Shown here: positions 9,466 through 18,865 of the stretch, piece after piece
How positions within the stretch are numbered: the stretch's first letter is position 1
How the letters are laid out: each line of letters opens with the position of its first letter
Source: an uncultured Thermoleophilia bacterium
GTDB lineage: Bacteria; Actinomycetota; Thermoleophilia; UBA2241
Reading direction: 5' to 3'
Assembly (NCBI GenBank): GCA_963702475.1
Contig: CAVPCT010000005.1
Coordinates: forward strand, 576,001 to 640,000
DNA length: 64,000 nucleotides
Notes under the pieces: generated by a model
Seen by the model: only the letters and a program-made list of their open reading frames with translations
What the model was told of the DNA's origin: nothing
The model's database searches: none
Made by a program: the position numbers and the translations under genes

Positions 9466-10957
9466 TGACCACCACGCCACAAGCGCCGCTCACCCTCACC
9501 CCCAAGACCACCGTGCACACCCTCCTCAAGCAGTACCCCTTCCTGCTCGACTACCTGGCGGGCTACCACCCGGAGTTCAAGAAACTCACGAACCCCGTGC
9601 TGCGCCGCACCATGGGGCGCATGGCGACCATGGACACCGTGGCGGAGCTCGGCAACCTGCCGCTCAACAAGCTCATCGACGACCTCGCCACTGAGGTCGA
9701 GCGGCAGACCGGCACGCGTCCACCCATCGCGGACATCGCCGACGCCGACACCATGGACCCGGCGCGCCTCGAGGCCCTGCACCAGATCGTCAAGGATCTG
9801 CATGCAGGCAAGACGGTGGAGGAGGTGAAGCCGGCGTTCGAGGAGCTCATCGCCGACGTCGAGGCCACCGAGATCGCCGCCATGGAGCAGAAGCTCATCG
9901 AGGGCGGCGTGCCCGACAGCGAGGTCAAGCGCCTCTGCGACGTGCACGTGCAGGTGTTCGCCGATGCGCTCGAGGGCCACGAGCCCATCAGCGCGCCGCC
10001 GGGACACCCCATCGACACCTTCCAGCGCGAGAACCAGGCCGTGATGCAGGTGACGGCCTCGCTGCGCAAGGTGGCCGAGGCCGTGGGCGAGCCCCCGGAC
10101 GGAGCCGTGTGGGCCCGCCTCAAGGACGCGCTCGCCGGCACCGTGGAGCGCCTCGCCGAGGTCGAGAAGCACTACCTGCGCAAGGAGAACCAGCTCTTCC
10201 CGTTCCTCGAGGAGCACGGCGTCGAGGGCCCGAGCAAGGTGATGTGGGCCATCCACGACGACATCCGCGCGCTCATCAAGCAGGCGCGGCAGACCATCGC
10301 CGACGACGACGCGGCCATGGCCGTGAGCACCTGCCTCGCCCTGGCCAAGATGGTGGACGACATGGTGAGCCAAGGAAGAGAAGGTGTTGCACCCCATGTC
10401 GTTCGACACGCTGAGCGACAGCTGAGTGGGCGCAGATCCGCGCCGGCGAGGGCGACATCGGCTACGCCTTCATCGTCGACGTGCCGGCGTGGCCGGCCGC
10501 GGCGCCCGGCGTCGACGGCGCGGATGCCGCCCAGGCCGGGCCGGCTTCGCCCGCCGGCCTCCTCTCCCTGGACCGCGGCGACCTCTCTCTCGAGCAGCTC
10601 AAGCTCATCCTCGGGGCACTGCCCATCGACTTCCAGTACGTGGACGAGCACGACCGCGTGCGCTTCTACAGCGAGGGGCACCGCGTCTTCCCCCGCAGCC
10701 CCGGGGTGATCGGCCGCAAAGTGCAGAACTGCCACCCGCCGGCGAGCGTGCACAAGGTGCAGCAGATCATCGACGCCTTCCGCTCCGGCGAGAAGGACAC
10801 GGCCGAGTTCTGGATCGAGATGCAGGGCAAGTTCCTGCACATCCGCTACTTCGCCCTGCGCGACGAGGGCGGCAACTACCGCGGCGTGCTGGAGACGGTG
10901 CAGGACGTCGCGCACGTCCGCGCTCTGCAGGGCCAGCGCAGGCTGCTGGACTGGTGA
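9466..10957 (+). CDS. DUF1858-DUF438 (hemerythrin)-PAS protein (frameshifts near 10370 and 10425)
   Basis: LTNPVLRRTM, LCDVH, GHPIDTF, HYLRKENQLFP, VMWAIHD; then PAS_10 (FPRSPGVIGRKVQNCHPP). Confidence 0.85.
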
Positions 10958-11072
10958 GCGCGCCCTCCGACCCGTCGGCGATCCCGGTCCGTCCCGCCGC
11001 GCCTCGCGGAGGCGCATCCGGCGAGGTACGATGGGCTCCGGTCACGGACCCGAAAAGGACAGGCGGTCGCCC

Positions 11073-11465
11073 ATGTACTTCCAGCGAGGCGCACTCACGC
11101 CCGAACAGGTGAAGCTCGTCCTGCGCGAGCTGCCGGTGGACATCAGCTTCGCCGACGAGAACGACGTGCTCGTCTACTGGAGCGGAGACACCTACAAGAC
11201 CTGCGACGCGCGCTACATCGGCCGCGACATCCGGGACTGCCACCCCGAGGAGTCGCTGGCCTGCCTGGAGGAGATCCTGCGCGCGTTCAAGGCCGGTGAG
11301 AAGGACACCGCGGAGGGCTGGCACCAGGAGGGCGACCACTTCACCCACACCCGGTACAGGGCCGTCCGCGACCGGACCGGCGCCTACAAGGGCATCCTCG
11401 AGGTCAATCAGGAGCTCTCGGATCTGCGCGCGCTGGAGGGCGAGCAGTCCCTCCCGGGCTGGTGA
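11073..11465 (+). CDS. Stand-alone PAS (PAS_10-like) protein
   Basis: LPVDISFADEND...IGRDIRDCHP...YKGILEV; paralogous to the upstream PAS domain. Confidence 0.8.
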   Translation: MYFQRGALTPEQVKLVLRELPVDISFADENDVLVYWSGDTYKTCDARYIGRDIRDCHPEESLACLEEILRAFKAGEKDTAEGWHQEGDHFTHTRYRAVRDRTGAYKGILEVNQELSDLRALEGEQSLPGW

Positions 11466-11752
11466 GCCGGGTGCCCGGCCTCCCCACCGCCTTCATCCTC
11501 ATCGCGGCCGTCACCTGGTCGGCGGTCCTCCTCCTGATCGTGACCATGGCCGGCGTGCTGCTGACGACCCACCTGGTGCGCACCCACCTCTTCGGCGACA
11601 AGAGCGGCAAGAACGCGCAGCGGCGGGCGACGGGCCGCACGTGGTCGTCGGTGAAGAACGACGCGGTGACGAGCGCGAAGCGGCGCAAACCGTCGGCCGC
11701 TGCCGGCAAGCGGCAGCCGGCGGCAGGGCGCAAGAAGACGAAGAAGCGGTAG
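11462..11752 (+). CDS. Hypothetical membrane protein with a basic tail
   Basis: GTGA overlap with the previous stop; one hydrophobic segment; Lys-rich C-terminus. Confidence 0.5.
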   Translation: MSRVPGLPTAFILIAAVTWSAVLLLIVTMAGVLLTTHLVRTHLFGDKSGKNAQRRATGRTWSSVKNDAVTSAKRRKPSAAAGKRQPAAGRKKTKKR

Positions 11753-11800
11753 GCCGGCCGAGGCGCCGGGCGAGCCGGCGGTGGACGGCCGGGGGCGCCC

Positions 11801-13636
11801 TCACCTCCGCACGAAGCGACCGTCGCGGCCGTCGAAGTCGAGGAGTACGAGCTTCACCGCGACGGCCCGACCGTCACGCACGGTGAACACGGCGGCCGTG
11901 TTCGAGGCGGGCTCCCGCCAGGAGTCGCCGTCCCACGGCACGTAGCGCAGCACCTCGCCGCGGCCCAGCTTGACGTCGAGGCCGGCGCCGGGCGCGGCGC
12001 TCACGCGGACCTGCCCGTAGTACTCGTTCGCGTACACGCCGCCGTACACGGCCTTCGCCCGCGGCGGCGCAGCGTCCGGCGGCCGCTCCTCCGGCAGGTG
12101 CCGGTACGGGTCGAGGACGGATCCCTTCATGGCCTCGGCCAGAGCAGCCTGCTCGGTGGCCAGCCAGTCCTGCCGCACCGACCCGGTCATGTACAGGTCG
12201 TACAACGTGTGCCGGAGCGCCGACGCCAGCGCATGGCCCTCGGGAAAGGCGTTGGTCAGCACGACGAGGCCGACAGCGTCGTCCGGGACCATGCTCGCCA
12301 GCGTGCTGACTCCCTCGGAGAAGTCGCCGCCGTGCTCGACGACGCGGCGGCCCTCGTACGTGAGCGTCTTCCAGCCCAGGCCGTAGGCCACGGTGCCCTT
12401 CTCATCCGCCGTGATCACGGTGATCGGCGAGTGAGTCGCGGCGAGCGCTTCGGCCGAGGCCACCTGCACGCTCGCCAGCGCCCCGCCGTTCAGCTGCATG
12501 CGCAGGTACGGTACCAGGTCGGCGATCGTGGAGCTCACGGCACCGGCCGGCGCGAAGAGGTCGTCGTCGTCCGGCGTCTGGGGCTCCATCGTGCCGTCGA
12601 CAAGGATGTGCGAAGACGAGCGGTCGGATGCTTCCAGGTAGGCGCGGTACGAAAGGACCGTGGACTCCATGCCGAGCGGGTCGAGCACGCGCTCCTGCAC
12701 GAGCCCGCGCCACGAGCGACCGGTGGCGTGGGACGCGGTCATGGCCGCGGCCGTGGGCAGCGCGTTCTGGTAGGCGTACACGGCGCGAAAGCCGGCGACC
12801 GGCTCGAGGTAGCGCAGGCGGCGCATGACCTCGGCGCGACCGTACCCGAACCGCTCGAGCTCGTCGCCGGCGTACTCCGGCAGGCCGCTGCGCATGGCCA
12901 TGAGGTCGCGCACGGTGACCCGCTCGCTCACCCACGGGTCCCACAGGGAGAACGCCGGCCAGTACGTGCGCACCGTATCGTCCCAGCCCAGCTCTCGGCG
13001 ACTGACCAGAGAGGCCAGCATCGTCGCGGTGAAGCTCTTGGTGACCGAGGCCAGCTGGAAGACCGTGCGCTCGTCCACACGCTCGGGGCGGCCGGCCTCG
13101 CGCACGCCGAACGTGTCCACGTACACGGCGCCGTCGCCGGCCACCACGGCGAGGGCCGCACCGGGCACACCGCTGCGTGCGAAGATCTCCTGGGCCCGGT
13201 CGTAGAACTCCGGCAGCACGGCCTCGACGGCCGCCGCGGCGGCGGCTTTGCGCTCCGCAGCGGACGGCGTTGCCGTGGACTCCACAGACCCGGTCGGGAG
13301 GGCCGGGTCCGGCGGCGGGGCCGCGGACGGGTCCGCGTCGGCGGACAGCGGCGCGGATGGTGCCGGTGCAGTCACCGCCGGAACGCTGTTCGACGGCGCC
13401 GGGGTCTCCGCCGCACCCCCGGCGAACGCCGAGGCGGCCCGCCCCCCGGAGAAGACGGGGCTGGGCGGCGGCGGGGCGACCGAGACCGCCGACGAGGCGG
13501 CCCGCGGGACCGGCGACCCCGCCACGGGGCTCGCGGCCTGAGCCAGGCCGGGCTGGGAGACCCTGACACCGGCGGCGGCCGCGAGGATGACGGCCGCCAC
13601 TGCCGCCGCGACGAGCACGGCAGGGAACGTCTTCAC
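11801..13636 (-). CDS. Secreted serine hydrolase (beta-lactamase class C/AmpC-like)
   Basis: Signal peptide, Pro/Ala linker, FQLASVTKSF (SxxK), YAYQN (YxN), VEHGG. Confidence 0.88.
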   Translation of the reverse strand: MKTFPAVLVAAAVAAVILAAAAGVRVSQPGLAQAASPVAGSPVPRAASSAVSVAPPPPSPVFSGGRAASAFAGGAAETPAPSNSVPAVTAPAPSAPLSADADPSAAPPPDPALPTGSVESTATPSAAERKAAAAAAVEAVLPEFYDRAQEIFARSGVPGAALAVVAGDGAVYVDTFGVREAGRPERVDERTVFQLASVTKSFTATMLASLVSRRELGWDDTVRTYWPAFSLWDPWVSERVTVRDLMAMRSGLPEYAGDELERFGYGRAEVMRRLRYLEPVAGFRAVYAYQNALPTAAAMTASHATGRSWRGLVQERVLDPLGMESTVLSYRAYLEASDRSSSHILVDGTMEPQTPDDDDLFAPAGAVSSTIADLVPYLRMQLNGGALASVQVASAEALAATHSPITVITADEKGTVAYGLGWKTLTYEGRRVVEHGGDFSEGVSTLASMVPDDAVGLVVLTNAFPEGHALASALRHTLYDLYMTGSVRQDWLATEQAALAEAMKGSVLDPYRHLPEERPPDAAPPRAKAVYGGVYANEYYGQVRVSAAPGAGLDVKLGRGEVLRYVPWDGDSWREPASNTAAVFTVRDGRAVAVKLVLLDFDGRDGRFVRR

Positions 13637-13786
13637 CGGCAGTCCTCCATGGTCCAGTGTTCGCCGCGCGGCCGTGCATCCCCCCCGTCTTGCGGCGCAG
13701 CCGATGTACACTGCGGGCGGCGCGCCGGACCCCCCTTTCCCCAGCGGTCCGGGACGCTCCGAAGGACGCCCGACGACGGAGGAAGC

Positions 13787-15388
13787 ATGACGACCGGCAG
13801 CGTCACGGCGGCGGCAACCGAAGCCGCGCGCGCGCAGTGCACACCGCGCGTGGACGACGAGTTCCTCGCGCGCCTGGCCGCGCGCGCGGCCGTCGCCGAC
13901 ACGCGCGCCACGTTCCCGGTGGAGGCGCCGTTCACCGGCGAGATCGTCGCGCACGTGCCTGAGGGCACGCCCGGCGACATCGCCGCCGCCGCCGACGCGG
14001 CCCGGCAGGCCCAGCAAGCCTGGGCCCGGACGTCCTTCGCGGAGAGGGGACGCATCCTCCTGCGCTACCACGACCTGCTCTTCGCCCGACGCGAGGAAGT
14101 CATGGACGTCGATCAGCTGGAGACGGGCAAGGCCCGGCGACACGCGTTCGAGGAAGTCATGGACCTCGCCATCTGGTCCCGCTACTACGCGCACACCGGC
14201 GAGCGTTTCCTCCGGCCCCGCCGCCGCCAGGGCGTGATCCCCGCGGTCACCTCCGTATGGGAGCTGCACCGCCCGCGCGGCGTGATCGGGTTCGTGACGC
14301 CGTGGAACTACCCGCTCACCATGGCGCTCTCGGATGCGGTGGCCGCACTCATGGCCGGCAACGGCGTGGTCGTCAAGCCCGACTCCCAGACGCCCCTCAC
14401 CTGCCTGTGGGGAGCGCGGCTGCTGGAGGAGGCGGGCTTGCCGAAGGGTCTCCTCCAGATAGTGCCGGGCCGCGGCTCAAGGCTCGGAGAGCCTCTGATC
14501 GCCGCGGCCGACTACCTCATGCTGACCGGGTCGACGGCGACCGGCCGCGTGGTCGCCGGTCACGCCGCCGCGCAGCTCAAGGACTGCTCCATGGAGCTCG
14601 GAGGCAAGAACCCCATGCTCGTGCTCCCCGACGCCGATCTCCGCCGGACGGTCGCCGGGGCAGTCCGCGGCATCATCGCCAATAGCGGGCAGCAGTGCGT
14701 GCACACCGAGCGCGTGTACGTCCACCACCACCTGTTCGAGCGCTTCTGCGGCGAGCTCTCCGCTGCGCTGCGCCGCGTGAGGCTCGAGGCGGGGTTCGCG
14801 TTCGCCGCCGACATGGGATCGCTGTCCAGCGCGGCTCAGCTGAGCCATGTGTCACAGCACGTGGACGACGCGAGATGCAAGGGCGCAAGGGTCCTCGCCG
14901 GCGGACGCCCGCGGCCGGACCTGGGGCCGTACTTCTACGAGCCCACGCTGCTGACGGGCGTCGACGAGACCATGGAGGCGTGCCGCGCCGAGACCTTCGG
15001 ACCCGTCGCGGCGGTCTACCCCTGCTCCTCCGTCGACGACATGGTACGGCGCGCCAACGACTCCGAGTACGGTCTGAACGCCAGCGTGTGGACGCGCGAC
15101 ACGCGCCTGGGACAGGCCGTGGCGGCCCGACTGCAGGCCGGCACCGTGAATGTCAATGAAGCGTACGCGGCCGCGTTCGCCTCGGCCGGACCACAGGGCG
15201 GATTCAAGCAGTCCGGCATGGGTCGCCGGCACGCGCGTCAGGGCATCGTCAAGTACACCGAGGCGCAGACGGTGGCGGTGGAGCACCTCGTGGCCATCGA
15301 TACCCCGCCCTTCCTCTCGCACGCCCAGTACGCGGACGTCCTGCCGCGGCTCCTGCTGCTCCTGCGGCGCCTGCCCTGGATCGCCTGA
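13787..15388 (+). CDS. Succinic semialdehyde dehydrogenase-like ALDH
   Basis: TPWNYP, TGSTATG, MELGGKN, catalytic GQQCV, ETFGPV, GGFKQSG. Confidence 0.88.
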   Translation: MTTGSVTAAATEAARAQCTPRVDDEFLARLAARAAVADTRATFPVEAPFTGEIVAHVPEGTPGDIAAAADAARQAQQAWARTSFAERGRILLRYHDLLFARREEVMDVDQLETGKARRHAFEEVMDLAIWSRYYAHTGERFLRPRRRQGVIPAVTSVWELHRPRGVIGFVTPWNYPLTMALSDAVAALMAGNGVVVKPDSQTPLTCLWGARLLEEAGLPKGLLQIVPGRGSRLGEPLIAAADYLMLTGSTATGRVVAGHAAAQLKDCSMELGGKNPMLVLPDADLRRTVAGAVRGIIANSGQQCVHTERVYVHHHLFERFCGELSAALRRVRLEAGFAFAADMGSLSSAAQLSHVSQHVDDARCKGARVLAGGRPRPDLGPYFYEPTLLTGVDETMEACRAETFGPVAAVYPCSSVDDMVRRANDSEYGLNASVWTRDTRLGQAVAARLQAGTVNVNEAYAAAFASAGPQGGFKQSGMGRRHARQGIVKYTEAQTVAVEHLVAIDTPPFLSHAQYADVLPRLLLLLRRLPWIA

Positions 15389-15446
15389 CCGGCGGAGCGG
15401 GAACGACGAGAGGCGCGCCGCAGAGGGCGCCTCCCCGTGAGAGGGC

Positions 15447-16148
15447 TCAGAGCGCGAACTCGTGCCGGCAGAAAGAGTCGCCGGCGCTGAGCGCATGGGT
15501 CTGGCGGTGCGCCGACGCCGGCACGCCGAGCATCCCGCAGAGGGTGCCGCGGTCGAACGGGCACACGATATCGGGGAACTCATGCGCCAGCTCGCTGTAC
15601 ACGCAGTTGCGGATCTCGATGACGGCCGTGGACGGCCCGGCGCTCACCGCGACGTTGTACCCGCTCTCGTCCATCCAGGCCGCCACGGCGTGCGGCGCCA
15701 GACGCACCGGTGTGTGCGCGTGGTCGCCGGCGATGGCAGCGGCCATCTCTTCGCCGTAGGCGCGGCCGAGCGTGAAGGCGGCCGCTTCGGCGGCGGTGGG
15801 ATCGAGTTCGGCGGCGATGAGCCGGAGGAGGCTGCGTGACAGCCGCTCGTAGCGCCGCGGAGGCAGCATGACCTCGAGCCGCTCATCGCTGATCGCATAG
15901 GTCTTCGCGGGACGGCCGCCACCCGCTCTGCGTCTCGTGCCCGTGACGAGGAGCCCGACCTCCCCGAGCTTCTCCAGATGGGCGCGTGCGACCGTGCGGT
16001 GAAGGCCGAACTCGTCCGCCACCTCGGTGGCCGTGAGCGGCTTCCCATCGCGGCGCAGGTACATGAAGATGCCGCGACGCGTAGGATCGCCGAACACGTC
16101 GGCGAGCCTGCTCAGGTACGCGCCATCACTGTCGTACGATACGCCCAC
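15447..16148 (-). CDS. ArsR-like HTH metalloregulator with Cys-containing C-terminal domain
   Basis: DPTRRGI..., ARAHLEKL, GGRPAKTY; NCVY, VCPFD, FC. Confidence 0.85.
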   Translation of the reverse strand: MGVSYDSDGAYLSRLADVFGDPTRRGIFMYLRRDGKPLTATEVADEFGLHRTVARAHLEKLGEVGLLVTGTRRRAGGGRPAKTYAISDERLEVMLPPRRYERLSRSLLRLIAAELDPTAAEAAAFTLGRAYGEEMAAAIAGDHAHTPVRLAPHAVAAWMDESGYNVAVSAGPSTAVIEIRNCVYSELAHEFPDIVCPFDRGTLCGMLGVPASAHRQTHALSAGDSFCRHEFAL

Positions 16149-16355
16149 AGGTGCACACTATCGCATCGGGTCTCCGTGTCCAAGGGTACGGAGCATCACA
16201 ATACACACAAGCTGGGCGTCCTCCTCGCCTGTCGACGGCGGTCTCGGCGCCTCAGTCTCACGCCGCCTCCGCATGGAAGGCCCGGCGCGTGGGAAAGGAG
16301 CAGTCACCGGCGGGCGGAGCGTGCGGCGCCCGCCATGACTGCGAGGGAGGACACG

Positions 16356-16565
16356 ATGATCAAGGTGAAGACGTTCGCGACGCCCATCCAGATCTTCGCG
16401 ACCATCAAAGAGCTGCAGGAGCTGGACGAACGCGTGACTCAGTTCCTCAACGACGAGCACGCCGGCACGGTGTACTCGGTGAGCGACACCACCACCACCG
16501 GCGACAAGGGCGAGACCATCGGCCTCATCCGCGCCGTGGCCTACAGCACCGCGACCGAGCGTTAG
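16356..16565 (+). CDS. Small conserved-looking hypothetical protein (69 aa)
   Basis: GGAGG RBS and strong GC3 codon bias; MIKVKTF...VYSVSD...IGLIRAVAY. Confidence 0.7.
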   Translation: MIKVKTFATPIQIFATIKELQELDERVTQFLNDEHAGTVYSVSDTTTTGDKGETIGLIRAVAYSTATER

Positions 16566-16636
16566 TGGTCCCGGCGCGCGACAGCGGAGCGTCTGCGGGG
16601 AGCAGCACGGGCGGCACCGGCGCGAACGCGTCAGCT

Positions 16637-17485
16637 ATGCCGCCCGAGGCGCTGCGGGCCAACCTGCGCCTGTGGAACGCGTGGACGGCCATCCACGAGA
16701 CGTCCGAGTTCTACGACGTGGAGGGGTTCAAGGCCGGCGGCACCTCTCTGCTGCCCCTCGAGCTCGGGGAGCTCGGGCCGCTGGTGACCGAGGGCACGAC
16801 GCTGCTCCACCTGCAGTGCCACTTCGGGCTGGACACGCTGAGCTGGGCCAGGCGGGGCGCCACGGTGGTCGGCCTCGACCTGTCCGACGAGGCTGTCTCC
16901 CTGGCGCGGCGCCTGACCACCGAGACGGGCCTGGACGGGCGCGCCGAGTTCGTGTGCGCCGACGTCTACGACGCCGACGCGCATCTCGGGCGGCGCGCCT
17001 TCGACGTGGTGTTCGTGAGCTGGGGCGCCATCGAGTGGCTGCCGGACCTCGAGCGGTGGGCGGGCGTCGTCGCCCGGCACCTGCGACCCGGCGGCACGTT
17101 CTACATGGCCGAGATCCACCCGTTCGCCTACGCCCTCGACGAGGTCCCGGGCGAGCACGACGTGCAGGTGAAGTACCGGCTGCTGCCGGCGCCGGACCGG
17201 CCTGACGTGGAGCCGGTGCAGGGCAGCTACGCCGACATGGACGCCGACACCGAGGGGCTCGTCTCCTTCGGCTGGTCGCACAGCCTGGCGGAGATCCTCG
17301 GCGCCCTCACCGGCGCCGGCCTGCGCCTGGAGCACCTGCACGAGTTCCCCAGGTCGCCGGCACCGTTCTGGGACTGGATGGTGCGCGATGAGGACCGCTG
17401 GTGGTGGCTTCCGGCCGCGGATGGCGGCCTGCGGCGCGACCTGCCCTTCAGCTACTCGCTGCGCGCGACGCGCCCGCGGTCCTGA
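16637..17485 (+). CDS. Class I SAM-dependent methyltransferase (paralog 1)
   Basis: LLHLQCHFGLDTLSW, FDVVFVSWG, LRPGGTFY. Start uncertain (possibly GTG 16565). Confidence 0.9.
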   Translation: MPPEALRANLRLWNAWTAIHETSEFYDVEGFKAGGTSLLPLELGELGPLVTEGTTLLHLQCHFGLDTLSWARRGATVVGLDLSDEAVSLARRLTTETGLDGRAEFVCADVYDADAHLGRRAFDVVFVSWGAIEWLPDLERWAGVVARHLRPGGTFYMAEIHPFAYALDEVPGEHDVQVKYRLLPAPDRPDVEPVQGSYADMDADTEGLVSFGWSHSLAEILGALTGAGLRLEHLHEFPRSPAPFWDWMVRDEDRWWWLPAADGGLRRDLPFSYSLRATRPRS

Positions 17486-17496
17486 GGAGGCCGGCC

Positions 17497-18327
17497 GTGC
17501 TCGACGAGTTCCTCAAAGCCAACCTCGCCAGCTGGGACGAGTCCGTGGTGCTGCACGTGGCCTCCGAGCTCTACGACGTGGAGAGCTTCAGGGCCGGCAG
17601 GAGCTCCCTCAGCGCCCTCGAGCTCGGGGAGCTCGGCTCCTCGGTGAGCGAGGGCACCAGGCTCCTGCACCTGCAGTGCCACTTCGGGCTGGACACGCTG
17701 AGCTGGGCGCGGCGCGGCGCCGTCGTCACGGGGGTGGACTTCTCCGGCGAGGGCATCGCCGCGGCGCGCGCCCTGGCCGACGACGTCGGCCTCTCGGCGC
17801 GCGCCACCTTCGTACACAGCGACATCGAGTCGCTTCCCGAGGCGCTCGAGGGGCGCTTCGACGTCGTGTACACGTCCTGGGGCGCCCTCATCTGGCTCGG
17901 CGACCTGGAGCGCTGGGCCGAGGTGGTGGCCCACTTCCTCGCGCCGGGAGGCGTCTTCTACGTCGCGGAGTTCCACCCGTACGCCTACCTGCTCGCGGAC
18001 GACTCCACCCAAGACTCGCTTCGCGTCGGGTACCCCTACTTCCAGTACGGGGAGCCACAGCGGTTCGACGAGGAGGGCGACTACGCGGATCCGACCGCCA
18101 GGCCACGCCACACCGTCACCTACGAGTGGAACCACGGGTTCGCCGAGATCCTCGACCCGCTGCTGCGCCGCGGCCTGCGGCTGAGGTTCCTGCACGAGTT
18201 CCCGTACACGATCCCGGGCCTGCCCTTCCCGTTCCTCGAACGCTGCGAAGACGGACTGCTGCGCGTCAAGGGCCACCACGACGACGTGCCCCTCAGCTTC
18301 TCGCTGCTGATGACCAAGGAGCCCTGA
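17497..18327 (+). CDS. Class I SAM-dependent methyltransferase (paralog 2)
   Basis: LLHLQCHFGLDTLSW, FDVVYTSWG, LAPGGVFY; GAGGAGG RBS. Confidence 0.9.
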   Translation: MLDEFLKANLASWDESVVLHVASELYDVESFRAGRSSLSALELGELGSSVSEGTRLLHLQCHFGLDTLSWARRGAVVTGVDFSGEGIAAARALADDVGLSARATFVHSDIESLPEALEGRFDVVYTSWGALIWLGDLERWAEVVAHFLAPGGVFYVAEFHPYAYLLADDSTQDSLRVGYPYFQYGEPQRFDEEGDYADPTARPRHTVTYEWNHGFAEILDPLLRRGLRLRFLHEFPYTIPGLPFPFLERCEDGLLRVKGHHDDVPLSFSLLMTKEP

Positions 18328-18329
18328 CC

Positions 18330-18623
18330 ATGGCAGACGATCAGCTCGACGACCGGAGCCTCGACGAGCAGGCCGAGGGACCGGACGCCGACGGCGTCAT
18401 CGGCGACGCCGGACTGCTGCAGATCCTGGAGGCGGCGATGGAGGACGAGCGCGCCGCCCAGGAGAACTACCGGCGCGGGCGCGACGGCTGCGCCGACCCG
18501 CAGGCGCGCAGCCTCTTCGACCAGCTGCTGCGCGAGGAGGAGGCGCACGAGCGCGCCCTCTCCCGCCGCTACGCCGAGGTCAAGAAGCGCATCGGGCTCA
18601 GCGGGGCCGGGCGCGGCGACTGA
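18330..18623 (+). CDS. Short ferritin-like/rubrerythrin-type protein
   Basis: LEAAMEDERAAQENY...LFDQLLREEEAHE (ExxH). Confidence 0.75.
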   Translation: MADDQLDDRSLDEQAEGPDADGVIGDAGLLQILEAAMEDERAAQENYRRGRDGCADPQARSLFDQLLREEEAHERALSRRYAEVKKRIGLSGAGRGD

Positions 18624-18865
18624 CGTGCCGGGCGCCGGTCGCGGCGCGCCGGCTGCTGCGACTGACGGCCGGGGCCCGGGTCCCGGCGCCCGGCCGTCGT
18701 CGCGGCGAACTCCGATCGACCGGGGAACGTCTCGGCCTCCTGACGGCGCAGCTCGCGCCGGCCGTCCCTCCGCAGCCGGACTGACTCCGGCCCGCCGACG
18801 GCGTAGGATGACCGGCGGGCGTACGGAGGCACGTGCGCGCGAGGCCACATCACGGGGAGGACCAC

